Shown: in pieces, positions 20,733-31,106 of the stretch
Numbering within the stretch: the first letter of the stretch is position 1
Layout of the letters: every line of letters begins with the position of its first letter
NCBI GenBank assembly: GCA_947627185.1
Contig: CANQVF010000003.1
Location: forward strand, 98,843-162,842
Direction of reading: 5' to 3'
DNA length: 64,000 nucleotides
DNA from: an uncultured Clostridia bacterium
GTDB lineage: Bacteria; Bacillota; Clostridia; TANB77; CAG-508
Made by a program: the position numbers and the translations under genes
The notes under the pieces: model-generated
What the model saw: only the letters and a program-made list of their open reading frames with translations
Told to the model about the DNA's origin: nothing
Databases searched by the model: none

Positions 20733-22004
20733 GTGCAAATAATAGAAAATAATAAAATAAAAGAAAAATTATATATAGAAAAATTAGAAAATGGATTAAC
20801 TATTATAGTTATGCCTAAAAAAACTAGAAAAAAATATATAGTATGGAGTGCAAATTTTGGATCTATTGATAATAAATTTTATTCTCAAGGAGAAAGTGAT
20901 TTAACAATTGTTCCAGATGGAATAGCTCATTATTTAGAACATAAGCTATTTGAACAAGAAAATGGAAAAAATAGTTTAGATGTTTTAACATCTATTGGTG
21001 TTGAGGCAAATGCTTATACTACTAATGATCATACAGCTTATTTATATGAGTGTACAGATAATTTTGATGAAGCTTTAGAAGAATTTATGAATTATGTGCA
21101 ACACCCATATTTTACTGATGAAAATGTTGAAAAAGAACGTGGAATTATTGAACAAGAGATAATGATGTATGATGATTATCCAGAATGGGCTGTATATATG
21201 AATGCTATGAAAGCAATGTATAAGAATAATGGGATTAACATAGATGTTGCTGGAACAAAAGAAACAATAGCTAAAATAGATAAAGAAAAATTATATAAAA
21301 TTTATAATTCTTTTTATTATCCAAATAATATGGTAATAGTTGTTGCAGGAGATTTTAATACTAATGAAATTTTAGAAAAAATAAAGTCAAAAGTTGTATT
21401 AAAATCAAAAGAAGATGTAAAAAGAGTTTATAATGAAGAACCAAAAGAAATTGTAAAAAAATATGTTGAAAAAGAAATGAATATAAGTATGCCAATATTA
21501 CTTATTGGTTATAAAGATAATAATTTAGAAGAAAATAAAGTTAGAAAAAATATTGCTATAGAAATACTATCTACAATTCTATTTAGTAAGAGCACAGATT
21601 TTTTCAAAAATTTATATGAATCAGGAAAAGTTACAACGAATCCAGTAATAAATTATGAATTTTCAAAAACTTTTTCTCATCTATTAATTCAAGTACAAAC
21701 TAATTTTATTGAAGAAGTAATGAAAGCCATAGATATGCAAATAGAAAATGTGAAAAAAAATGGTATAACTGATGAAGATTTTTATAGAGCTCAAAAATCT
21801 GTTTATGGAAATTATGTGAAAGATTATAATGATGTTTCAAATATTGCAACTATAATTGTTTCAGATTATTTTAAAAACATAAATTCTTTTGATTATTTTG
21901 AGGAATTTAAAAGTATAAATAAATTATATGTAGAAAAAATATTAAAAGAATTATTTGTGGAAGAAGAAAAAATAATATCAGTTATAAAACCTATAAAAGA
22001 ATAA
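20733..22004 (+). CDS. M16 family zinc peptidase (YmfH-like)
   Basis: Inverted zinc motif HYLEH (GIAHYLEHKLFE); 423 aa. Confidence 0.8.
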   Translation: MQIIENNKIKEKLYIEKLENGLTIIVMPKKTRKKYIVWSANFGSIDNKFYSQGESDLTIVPDGIAHYLEHKLFEQENGKNSLDVLTSIGVEANAYTTNDHTAYLYECTDNFDEALEEFMNYVQHPYFTDENVEKERGIIEQEIMMYDDYPEWAVYMNAMKAMYKNNGINIDVAGTKETIAKIDKEKLYKIYNSFYYPNNMVIVVAGDFNTNEILEKIKSKVVLKSKEDVKRVYNEEPKEIVKKYVEKEMNISMPILLIGYKDNNLEENKVRKNIAIEILSTILFSKSTDFFKNLYESGKVTTNPVINYEFSKTFSHLLIQVQTNFIEEVMKAIDMQIENVKKNGITDEDFYRAQKSVYGNYVKDYNDVSNIATIIVSDYFKNINSFDYFEEFKSINKLYVEKILKELFVEEEKIISVIKPIKE

Positions 22005-22052
22005 ATCTAAGGTTCAAATCTAATTTAAATATAATGTAGGATAAATCTTAAA

Positions 22053-22841
22053 ATGAGCATTGTGGAATTTCCAGGATTGAATTTAAAATTTGAGTTTTCA
22101 AAAATAGCTTTTAGCGTATTTGGTATAGAAATATACAAATACGCTGTTTGCATAGTGTTAGGAATAGTTTTAGCTTTGATTTTATGTAGGTTGAGTAAAG
22201 AGAATTATGATGTAGAATATGATTTTGTTTTAGAAAACTTTATTGTAGGAATGATTTTTGGAACAATAGGTGCTAGGATTTACTTTGTTTTATTTCATCT
22301 TGAATTTTATAAACAAAACTTATTGCAAATATTTAATTTAAGAGATGGTGGTTTAGCCATATATGGAGGATTAATTTTTGGAGCAATTTCAATAATAATA
22401 AATTGCAAAATAAAAAGGAAAGATATTTTAAATTTTTTTGATTATATTGTTCCATTTCTTGCAATTGCTCAATGCGTAGGACGTTTGGGAAATTTTTTTA
22501 ACATAGAAGCTTATGGGTATGAAACACAAAATATTTTTAGAATGAAAATAGAAAATAATTTTGAAGTACATCCAGTTTTCTTATATGAATCATTTTCAAC
22601 ATTTTTAATTTTTATTATATTAAGAATAATGCAGAAAAAAAGAAAATTTAAAGGAGAAATTACTTCTTTTTATTTAATATTTTATTCAGGTATAAGAATG
22701 ATTTTAGAAAGCTTAAGAACAGATAGTTTAATGTTATTTAATTGGAGAATTTCACAAGTTTTGTCTAGTTTAATATTTTTTATTACATTGATTGTTTTAT
22801 TATGTCGAAAAAAGTCTAACGAAAAACCTTACAAATACTGA
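22053..22841 (+). CDS. lgt: prolipoprotein diacylglyceryl transferase
   Basis: GRLGNFFNIEAYG signature; 7 TM; 262 aa. Confidence 0.85.
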   Translation: MSIVEFPGLNLKFEFSKIAFSVFGIEIYKYAVCIVLGIVLALILCRLSKENYDVEYDFVLENFIVGMIFGTIGARIYFVLFHLEFYKQNLLQIFNLRDGGLAIYGGLIFGAISIIINCKIKRKDILNFFDYIVPFLAIAQCVGRLGNFFNIEAYGYETQNIFRMKIENNFEVHPVFLYESFSTFLIFIILRIMQKKRKFKGEITSFYLIFYSGIRMILESLRTDSLMLFNWRISQVLSSLIFFITLIVLLCRKKSNEKPYKY

Positions 22842-22924
22842 TATTTTATTGACTTTTATGTAATAAAATGATATTTTTAAAATATACAAAAGCAAAAAAA
22901 AATAGAGAAAAGGAGAATGATGTT

Positions 22925-23083
22925 ATGTTAGATGATAAAATTTGTAAATTAAGAGATAAATTAAATAAATGCATTGCAGATGGTGAAGATTATTCTGTTA
23001 TTTATAAAGTTAGTGTAGAATTAGATGAACTAATAGCAAAATATTATTCGAGTATAAATGTAATAGAGGCAACAAATAAATAA
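22925..23083 (+). CDS. Spo0E-like sporulation regulatory aspartyl-phosphate phosphatase
   Basis: ~52-aa helical hairpin protein with LxxxIxxxRxxL...SVELDELI motif. Confidence 0.5.
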   Translation: MLDDKICKLRDKLNKCIADGEDYSVIYKVSVELDELIAKYYSSINVIEATNK

Positions 23084-23109
23084 AAAATATACATAGAAAT
23101 AAATAAAAA

Positions 23110-23147
23110 AACTTATATGCTTTAAAGTAGTATATAAGTTTTTTTTG
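23110..23147 (+). terminator. rho-independent terminator
   Basis: aacttatat...atataagtt stem plus T7. Confidence 0.6.
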
Positions 23148-23372
23148 TCATAAAAAATGTATTTTTTATGACAAAAAAAACTATATTAAAAGTTGTAAAA
23201 TTATTAATTTTTTTTCATAAGATATATATGTAATAAAAACTTAATAAATTGCTTTAAAGCAATTCCCTAGAATTGCTAAAATATGGTAATAAATTTGTAA
23301 TTGCTATTTGAAAAAATAAGATGTATATTAAAAACACTTTAAAGACAAAAATAAAAAGGAGAGAAAAAATTT

Positions 23373-23615
23373 ATGAAATTTCAAAATGTTTATATAGAGG
23401 ATGTAGAAAATTATAATTATGAAAGTAAACTATTAAATTCTTTAGGAGAAGAATTATCATTAATTATATGGGTTATGATTGTACTAGTATTAATTATATT
23501 CTCTTATATGACAAATCAAAAAAATCTCTCAAATCAAACAGATGCAGGAGTATATGAAAAATTAAGTATAAGTGAAGAAATAAAATTAGAAGAAAATATA
23601 AATAGATTTATATAA
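23373..23615 (+). CDS. small hypothetical membrane protein
   Basis: 80-aa ORF, one TM; RBS GGAGAG. Confidence 0.3.
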   Translation: MKFQNVYIEDVENYNYESKLLNSLGEELSLIIWVMIVLVLIIFSYMTNQKNLSNQTDAGVYEKLSISEEIKLEENINRFI

Positions 23616-23819
23616 AAAAGAAATTAATATAAAATGATAGAAAAGACTGTATAAGTCTTTTTTTTACTTTAAAATAAAAGATGCAACAGCAAGTTATAAT
23701 TTAAGTAATATTTTTTTTATAAAATTTTGAAACTTAAAAAAAGTTGTATACTTTTTTTATCTTTTAATATATAATTACTATATAAAATTGGGAAGATTAT
23801 GTTTTACATATGAAAATAA

Positions 23820-24917
23820 ATGGAGGAAAAAATGGAAAAATTAAAGCAACTACTGGATTTGATAGATTTAGATAATTTACTAAAAATATTTGATATCCAA
23901 ATTTCAATAGCAGTTTTAATATTTTTTATTCTTTTTAGAGGCGTTTTTTCTAAAATTTTAATAAAAATATATTATATTTTTACTAAAGATAAGAAAAATC
24001 CTAAAGAAAGCTCTATGTATAAGCCTTTAAATGTGTTTTTTGTTCTTTTAGGAATTTTTTGTGCAATGAATATATTACTAGTTAATAAAAAAATTTTAAT
24101 TTATTTAAATTTAATTTTTAGAATTATAATATTTTATTTCATAACTAGAGCAATTTGTACACAAGTAACAGAAGATTCGTATTGGTATAAAAAATTTTTT
24201 AAAAAATCAGATAATAAAGCAGTAGATAGATTTATTTGTAAAATTATAAGAGCATTTTTTTGGTTTATATTTGTAATTATTGTTCTTAGACAGAAAGAAA
24301 TGGGCTTTAATTTTAATAGCCTTGGTGGTTTAGCAGCTGGTTTAGGTATAGGAAGTGCAGCATTAGCATTAGCAGCACAAGATTTAGTAAAAGGTTTATT
24401 AAGTGGTCTTGCAATTTTAAGTGATAAACCATTCGTTATAGGTGATTGGATAGAAGTTGGAGATTTTAAAGGAACAGTTGTTGATATAACATTTAGAAGT
24501 ACACGTATTAAACCAGTTAATAATACAGTAGTTACAATCCCAAATTCAACTATAACTTCTTCGTATGTAATAAATTGGAATAGATTAAATAGTAGAAGAT
24601 TTGAAACAGTTTTAAATATAAGTTTAGAAACACCAAGCGAAAAAATTAGAAAAATAGTAAAACAAATTAGATTAGTTTTAGAAAACAATCCAGATGTAAT
24701 ACCAGGAACAGTATATGTAGGATTGGATGAAATTTCAGCTTGTAGTAGTGATATAAAAATATTCTTATATGTTAAAGAAGCAGATTATATTAAGTATTTA
24801 AAAGTAAAAGAAGATATACTATGTAGTATATTATTTTTAGTAGAAAAAGAAAATATTGACTTAGCATATCCAACACAAACATTATATGTTAAAGAAAAAG
24901 GAGAAACAGTGGAATAA
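23820..24917 (+). CDS. mechanosensitive ion channel, MscS family
   Basis: PFxIGDWIEVGDFKGTVVDITFRSTRIK...VTIPNS MscS core; 365 aa. Confidence 0.8.
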   Translation: MEEKMEKLKQLLDLIDLDNLLKIFDIQISIAVLIFFILFRGVFSKILIKIYYIFTKDKKNPKESSMYKPLNVFFVLLGIFCAMNILLVNKKILIYLNLIFRIIIFYFITRAICTQVTEDSYWYKKFFKKSDNKAVDRFICKIIRAFFWFIFVIIVLRQKEMGFNFNSLGGLAAGLGIGSAALALAAQDLVKGLLSGLAILSDKPFVIGDWIEVGDFKGTVVDITFRSTRIKPVNNTVVTIPNSTITSSYVINWNRLNSRRFETVLNISLETPSEKIRKIVKQIRLVLENNPDVIPGTVYVGLDEISACSSDIKIFLYVKEADYIKYLKVKEDILCSILFLVEKENIDLAYPTQTLYVKEKGETVE

Positions 24918-25771
24918 TGAGTTTAGGAGTAGCATTAGCAGGTGGCGGACTGAAAGGTTTAGCTCATATTGGGGCATTAAAGGCTTTAGAAGAATTAGGA
25001 ATAAAAATAGATTATTTATCAGGAACAAGTTCTGGAAGTATATTTTCAACATTTTATGCAATGGGATTTTCAACAGATGAAATAAAAAATAGAACAATGA
25101 AATATTATAAAATGCTTACAAAAATACAAAAGAAACCAATTTTTAAAGCTGGAGTTACTTATGTAACATCTGGTACAGCTAAAATTGAAGGATTAATAAA
25201 TGGAAAAAATATAGAAGATTTAGTAAATGCTGTTGCAAAAGAAAAAGAAATTACTAATATGAATCAAATAAAAATCCCTTATGCAATTGCAACTGTAGAT
25301 ACAATTTCAACAAAAGAGTGTATTTTTTTATCAAAAGAATATAATTTAAAAAATGATGATATAGATTATATTTATAATGCTCCAATAGCTACAGCTACAA
25401 GAGCAAGTATGTCTTTTCCAGGAGTTTATACTCCATGCCAATATGGAAAATATAATTTTATTGATGGTGGAACAAAAGATAATTTGCCAGTAAAAATATT
25501 AAAAGATATGGGAGCAGAAAAAACTTTAGCTTTAAGTTTTAGAATAGATGATTATGAACCTAAAGAAGATATATTTGCAGTGCTTTTAAGAACAGTTGAT
25601 ATATTTTCTTTAAAAGATGTTCGAAAAGCGCAAAAAGAAGCTGATTTAGCTATTGAAATAGATTGTAGTGGAACAACACTTTTAGAAATAACAGATGCAG
25701 ATAAAGTTGTTCAAACAGGATATGATACTATAATGAAACATAAAGATGAAATATTAAAATTAGTAAAATAG
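24917..25771 (+). CDS. patatin-like phospholipase
   Basis: GGGLKG oxyanion motif; GTSSG (GxSxG) lipase motif; DGG. Confidence 0.8.
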   Translation: MSLGVALAGGGLKGLAHIGALKALEELGIKIDYLSGTSSGSIFSTFYAMGFSTDEIKNRTMKYYKMLTKIQKKPIFKAGVTYVTSGTAKIEGLINGKNIEDLVNAVAKEKEITNMNQIKIPYAIATVDTISTKECIFLSKEYNLKNDDIDYIYNAPIATATRASMSFPGVYTPCQYGKYNFIDGGTKDNLPVKILKDMGAEKTLALSFRIDDYEPKEDIFAVLLRTVDIFSLKDVRKAQKEADLAIEIDCSGTTLLEITDADKVVQTGYDTIMKHKDEILKLVK

Positions 25772-25793
25772 TTTTAATAAAATTTAAATAGGA

Positions 25794-27263
25794 GTGATAG
25801 ATTTGCCTAGTAATGATACTATGATGCAATATTTTGAATGGTATTTACCTAGTGATTCTACACTTTGGAATAAGGCTACAAAAGATGCAAAACATTTAGA
25901 AAATATTGGTATAACCTATTTATGGTTACCACCAGCATACAAAGGTGCAGGAGGTAAAGAAGATGTAGGTTATGGAGTATATGATCTATATGATTTGGGA
26001 GAATTTAATCAGAAAGGTAGTATTCCTACAAAGTATGGAACAAAGGATGAATATATAAATTGTATAAAAATATTGCAAGAAAATAATGTAAAAGTTTTAG
26101 CCGATGTTGTTTTGAATCATAAAATGGGTGCTGATGAAACAGAAAATGTTTTAGCAGTACAAGATGATGCTTCTAATAGAAATATTAGTTTAACAGAGGC
26201 TAAACCAATTAGAGTATGGACAAAATACACTTTCCCAGGAAGAGGAGATACATATTCTAATTTTAAATGGAACTGGACACATTTTCATGGAATAGATTGG
26301 GATGAAAACACTGGGACTGCAGCAATTTACAAATTTTATGGAAAACATTGGGATGAAGATGTTGATAAAGAAAACGGTAATTACGATTATTTAATGGGTG
26401 CAGATATTGATTTAAATAATTTTGATGTTGTAAAAGAACTTAAAAATTGGGGAAAATGGTATTTAGAAACAACAAGAGTTTCTGGTTTTAGATTAGATGC
26501 AGTAAAGCATATTCGAAGTGAATTTTTTCCAGAATGGTTAGGAGATTTAAGAGAAATATCAGAAAAAAAATTATTTGCAGTTGGAGAGTATTGGAGTTCA
26601 AATATAGATGTAATAAGAAAATATATAGAAAAAACTGAAGGATGTATGTCATTGTTTGATGTACCACTTCACTATAATTTTTATAGAGCATCTAGAAGTA
26701 ACGGCGATTTCAATATGAGCCAAATTTTTGATGGAACAATAGTAGGAACAATACCAGAAAAAGCAGTTACTTTTGTAGATAATCATGATACAGAATTAGG
26801 ACAAGCTTTAGAATCATGGATTTTAGATTGGTTTAAGCCTTTAGCTTATAGTCTAATACTTCTAAGAAAACAAGGTTTTCCATGTGTATTTTATGGAGAT
26901 TATTATGGAATACCAGAAAAGGGTGTTGAGTCAAAACAAGGTATATTAGATATTTTATTAAAAGCTAGAAAATATTATGCTTATGGCGAACAATATGATT
27001 ATTTTCATGATAGTAATTTGATTGGATTTACAAGAACAGGTGATTATGAACATCCAAATTCAGGTTTAGCAGTTGTTATGTCTGACAAAAATGGTGGTTC
27101 AATACAAATGAATGTTGGAAAAAATCTTGCAAATTCGGTTTTTTATGATTGCACAGGAAATTTATCTGAAACAGTATATGTAGATAACGAAGGAAATGGA
27201 ATATTTTATTGCAAAGATGGTAGTGTTTCAGTATGGGTAAAAAAAGCACAAAATGTAAATTAA
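25794..27263 (+). CDS. cytoplasmic alpha-amylase (GH13, B. licheniformis AmyL-like)
   Basis: MQYFEWYLP...LWLPPAYKG; GFRLDAVKH catalytic region; no signal peptide. Confidence 0.85.
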   Translation: MIDLPSNDTMMQYFEWYLPSDSTLWNKATKDAKHLENIGITYLWLPPAYKGAGGKEDVGYGVYDLYDLGEFNQKGSIPTKYGTKDEYINCIKILQENNVKVLADVVLNHKMGADETENVLAVQDDASNRNISLTEAKPIRVWTKYTFPGRGDTYSNFKWNWTHFHGIDWDENTGTAAIYKFYGKHWDEDVDKENGNYDYLMGADIDLNNFDVVKELKNWGKWYLETTRVSGFRLDAVKHIRSEFFPEWLGDLREISEKKLFAVGEYWSSNIDVIRKYIEKTEGCMSLFDVPLHYNFYRASRSNGDFNMSQIFDGTIVGTIPEKAVTFVDNHDTELGQALESWILDWFKPLAYSLILLRKQGFPCVFYGDYYGIPEKGVESKQGILDILLKARKYYAYGEQYDYFHDSNLIGFTRTGDYEHPNSGLAVVMSDKNGGSIQMNVGKNLANSVFYDCTGNLSETVYVDNEGNGIFYCKDGSVSVWVKKAQNVN

Positions 27264-27426
27264 AATAAACTCGTATAAATGTAAATTAATTAGTAAAACT
27301 TAAAAATAAAAATTTATTCTAATAATTTACAAAAAATATGAGTTTATTTTTTAGTTTGGATAATTTTATTTTTCTTGACAAAACTACAAAATATAATAAA
27401 ATAAATTTATTAAATAGGAGTATTTT

Positions 27427-28185
27427 ATGAGAGTTTTAATTACAGGAGCTTCTTCTGGAATAGGAAGAGATTTATCAAGAGAATTTGCAAAAAAAGGATA
27501 TGATTTAGTTTTAGTTGCAAGAAATACAGAAAAATTGGAAAATTTAAAAAAAGAATTTGAAACTAAATACAAAGTAAGAGTAGAATATTTTAGCAGAGAC
27601 TTATCAGATAGAAATAATTGCATTGATTTATATAATAAGGCTAAAAATATAGATATTTTAGTTAATAATGCAGGACTTGGAGATTTTGGATTTTTTTCAG
27701 AAACCGAACTTGAAAAAGATTTAACTATAATTGAAACAGATGTAATTGCAATGCATATACTTACAAAATTATATTTAAAAGATATGAAAAAAAGAAATTC
27801 TGGAAAAATTTTAAATGTTGCTTCAATCGCAGGTTTCCTACCAGGACCACTTATGGCAACATATTATGCATCTAAAAATTATGTTGTAAGGCTTTCAGAA
27901 GCAATAAGAGAAGAATTAAAAAAAGAAAAATCAGATGTAAAGATAAGTATTTTGTGTCCAGGACCAGTTAAAACAAATTTTAATAATGTAGCAAATGTTA
28001 AATTTGAATTAAAATCACTTTCAAGTGAATATGTAGCAAGGTACACTGTAGAAAAATTTCTAGAAAATAAGTTTTATATTGTACCAGGTTTTACAATTAA
28101 ATGTGCAAAATTCTTTTCTAAAATAGTTCCGACTCCAATACTTGCAAAATGCAGTTATCATATGCAAAAGAGGAAAACAAAATAA
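27427..28185 (+). CDS. SDR family oxidoreductase
   Basis: TGASSGIG Rossmann motif; YASK catalytic motif. Confidence 0.8.
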   Translation: MRVLITGASSGIGRDLSREFAKKGYDLVLVARNTEKLENLKKEFETKYKVRVEYFSRDLSDRNNCIDLYNKAKNIDILVNNAGLGDFGFFSETELEKDLTIIETDVIAMHILTKLYLKDMKKRNSGKILNVASIAGFLPGPLMATYYASKNYVVRLSEAIREELKKEKSDVKISILCPGPVKTNFNNVANVKFELKSLSSEYVARYTVEKFLENKFYIVPGFTIKCAKFFSKIVPTPILAKCSYHMQKRKTK

Positions 28186-28225
28186 TATATATAATGTTAA
28201 AAAATAAAATATATAGGAGAAAGTT

Positions 28226-29095
28226 ATGGAAAAAGTTATAATAGAAGTTGGTTCAACAAATACAAAAGTAGATTTATTTAATGGAGAAAAAGTAGTTCAT
28301 CTAGAAACAATAACTATTGCATTTAAGAAAAATTATAAAAAAGAAAATAAATTAGATGAAAAAGATATAGAAAATTTAATTAATTTAGTTAAAAAATATG
28401 TGCAAAAATGTAGTAATATATATGTTTGTGGAACTAGTATTTTTAGAAGTTTAAATGATATAGAACGAAATGAATTCCTAAATTTATTTTATAAGGAAAC
28501 TGGAACAAAATTTAATATAATTTCTCAAGAAAAAGAAAATGAATTAACGGTTTATGGTACTGTTAGAAATGTGAATAGTAAAGTTGCTGTATTTATTGGC
28601 GGAGGAGGTTCAACAGAAATTGCAATTTATGATGGAAAAATAGAAGAAATGGTAAATTCTCCTATTGGTGTTATGGACATTATGAATGAGTTTCCAGATT
28701 TAGGAGATGATTTAGCTAAAACAAAATTAGAAACAGTGCAACAATCTATTAAATTGAATTTACCAAAAGGAAAAGCAGATATTTTAATTTTAGCAGGAGG
28801 AGGTCATAAAAATTTTGCTTTAAACTCAGGAATTTCTTATGAAAAAAATACATTATTTTCAGATGAACTTTTACCAATAATGATGGATATTGAAACAAGA
28901 AAAAAAGATACTAAAAAATTTTTTGAAGAAATATCTTTAGATGAAATTAGAAGTAGAGTATCAGATCCAAATTGGTGGTATGCAACAAGAGCAATGTGTG
29001 CATTTGTTTTAAATGTAGCAGAAGAAATTGGTGCAAAATATATAATTCCAACAGATATATCAATGGTATATGGATTGCTAGAAGAAAATAATTAG
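28226..29095 (+). CDS. Ppx/GppA-type ASKHA phosphatase N-terminal module
   Basis: IEVGSTNTK and FIGGGGSTEI actin-fold phosphate-binding motifs. Confidence 0.4.
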   Translation: MEKVIIEVGSTNTKVDLFNGEKVVHLETITIAFKKNYKKENKLDEKDIENLINLVKKYVQKCSNIYVCGTSIFRSLNDIERNEFLNLFYKETGTKFNIISQEKENELTVYGTVRNVNSKVAVFIGGGGSTEIAIYDGKIEEMVNSPIGVMDIMNEFPDLGDDLAKTKLETVQQSIKLNLPKGKADILILAGGGHKNFALNSGISYEKNTLFSDELLPIMMDIETRKKDTKKFFEEISLDEIRSRVSDPNWWYATRAMCAFVLNVAEEIGAKYIIPTDISMVYGLLEENN

Positions 29096-29104
29096 GAGAA
29101 ATAG

Positions 29105-30496
29105 ATGAATTTTTATGGAATAGAAAATATTTCTAATGAAGAACTAAATTTTAAATATGACAAATATTATAAAAATTTGTGTAATAATCTAAAACAAGCA
29201 CTAGAAGTAGATGAAAAAAGTAAAATCAAGGATAAATCTAAATCAGAACTAAATAATTTACTTAAAAACATAAAAATTGATGAAGAATTTTTAAAAAATA
29301 ATTTTATAAATTTATTATTAGATGAAGATTCTGCTAAATTTTTATGGATTTTATATAGCAAATATAATAAAAGTGGAAATTATATTGATATAATAAGCAA
29401 TACCTTAAAAAAGGAAAATGAAGTTGTTCGTGGAGGTACAAATACATATAAAATAAACGGTTGGATGACACATACTTTATATGTATATCAAATAGTAAAT
29501 TATAATATTGCTCAAAATATAGAATTAGAAAATTTTAAACCTTCAAAAGAAATAAAAAAACAAATAAAGGAATTGCATAAAATATATAATACTTTAGATA
29601 TATCAGCAGTGTTTGTATTAAAAATATTTTGTTTAATACATGATGTTGGAGTTGTTGAAAATATAGGGTTACATGATGTATATGGAATAAAACTTGTAGA
29701 AAAAGTTTTATTTGAAATAGGAGTAACAGAAGAAATTTTAAAAAATTTTAATTTAAATTTGAATGAATTTATAAATATTCAAAAAGCAATAATAAAATAT
29801 CATACTTTAATTACAAGTCTATCATCTGAAGGAAGTGATGACTATGTTCAAAAAAATTTTGAAGATTTAATCTCTAATATTTCAGATGAAAATATAAAAA
29901 AACAAATCTCAAAAATATTGTTTTTAATGGCTTATGGGGATGTTATAGCTGTTGATGAAAGTTTAATGAATACAGAAAAATATCAAAGAATAAAAGAAGG
30001 ATATTTATTTTTTGAAGAAATAATAAATGGTAAAACACATAAGAGAGATAAAGAAAAAGTAGCAATAGAACGAATTTGTGATACAGCTGGAAAAATAAAA
30101 TTTGAAGTTTTAAAAAGTAATTTAGATGATATTTTATTTTCGAATAAAATAGATAAAAATGTATTTATTAAAAATATGTTTAATATTAGAGCAATGAGAT
30201 ATACAGGACCACTTATGAAAACATTAAATGATTTAAATTTATGTATAAAAATATATAGTGAGTTACTTGATTTAATAGTAAATGTAAAATCAGAGAAAGC
30301 CTTAAAAGAATACAAAGTTCTATTTGTTCCAGATAAACATGAAAATGAATTTGTAAAAGAATTTAAAAATGGAAATTTTTTTAGGTGCATAGAAAAAATG
30401 AAAAGTACAAAACAAGATGAGTGTATTTATGGAAAAACAAAATTGGTATTTGGAACAGATCAAGATGGTAAATATTTACATATAAAAATTATTTAG
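29105..30496 (+). CDS. HD-domain protein (putative phosphohydrolase)
   Basis: H...LIHDVG...YGDVIAVD pattern; follows the ASKHA gene by 9 nt. Confidence 0.35.
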   Translation: MNFYGIENISNEELNFKYDKYYKNLCNNLKQALEVDEKSKIKDKSKSELNNLLKNIKIDEEFLKNNFINLLLDEDSAKFLWILYSKYNKSGNYIDIISNTLKKENEVVRGGTNTYKINGWMTHTLYVYQIVNYNIAQNIELENFKPSKEIKKQIKELHKIYNTLDISAVFVLKIFCLIHDVGVVENIGLHDVYGIKLVEKVLFEIGVTEEILKNFNLNLNEFINIQKAIIKYHTLITSLSSEGSDDYVQKNFEDLISNISDENIKKQISKILFLMAYGDVIAVDESLMNTEKYQRIKEGYLFFEEIINGKTHKRDKEKVAIERICDTAGKIKFEVLKSNLDDILFSNKIDKNVFIKNMFNIRAMRYTGPLMKTLNDLNLCIKIYSELLDLIVNVKSEKALKEYKVLFVPDKHENEFVKEFKNGNFFRCIEKMKSTKQDECIYGKTKLVFGTDQDGKYLHIKII

Positions 30497-30614
30497 GTGA
30501 ATTTATTTTAAAATGTATAAATACTAAAGATATTAAAACATTTTATATAAATTCACTTTTTCTGTAATAAAATTAAATTTTTAATCTCTTATATAATAGA
30601 GGGAGGTAAAAGTT

Positions 30615-31106
30615 ATGCAGAGTATAGAAGAAATATATAAAGAGCATTCGAATACTCTATACAAATATTTATTATACCTTACTAAAAATGAAGATGTGGC
30701 AGAGGATTTAACTCAGGAAACTTTTGCAATAGCTGTAAAAGAAATAAATAAATTTAAAGGTGAGTGCAAAGTCTCAGTCTGGCTATGTCAGATTGCAAAA
30801 CATTTATGGTATAAGAAGATAAAAAAGGATAAACATATTTCTTTTGAAGAATTGAGCGAAGAAATTGAGTATGGTGAAAAAGTAGAAGATATAGTTTTTA
30901 AAGATGAAGAAAAAATGCAATTTTTTAAGAATATGCAAAAATTAGATGAGCTTTCAAGAGAAGTTATTTATTTAAGAATGAATGGAAATTTAAGTTTTAT
31001 TGAAATTGCAGAAATACTTGGAAAAACACCTAATTGGGCTAGAGTAACTTTTTACCGCGCAAAACAAAAAATAAGGGAGGTAATGGAAAATGGAAAAGAA
31101 AACTGA
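30615..31106 (+). CDS. ECF-type RNA polymerase sigma factor
   Basis: Region 2 (DLTQETF) and region 4 HTH; 163 aa. Confidence 0.75.
   Translation: MQSIEEIYKEHSNTLYKYLLYLTKNEDVAEDLTQETFAIAVKEINKFKGECKVSVWLCQIAKHLWYKKIKKDKHISFEELSEEIEYGEKVEDIVFKDEEKMQFFKNMQKLDELSREVIYLRMNGNLSFIEIAEILGKTPNWARVTFYRAKQKIREVMENGKEN

Noticed and set aside
23147-23182. Second hairpin (gtcataaaaaa...ttttttatgac) after the Spo0E-like gene
   Set aside because: Flanked by A-runs rather than a 3' U-tract on either strand. Probably just an AT-rich palindrome. The upstream hairpin at 23110-23147 is the likely terminator.
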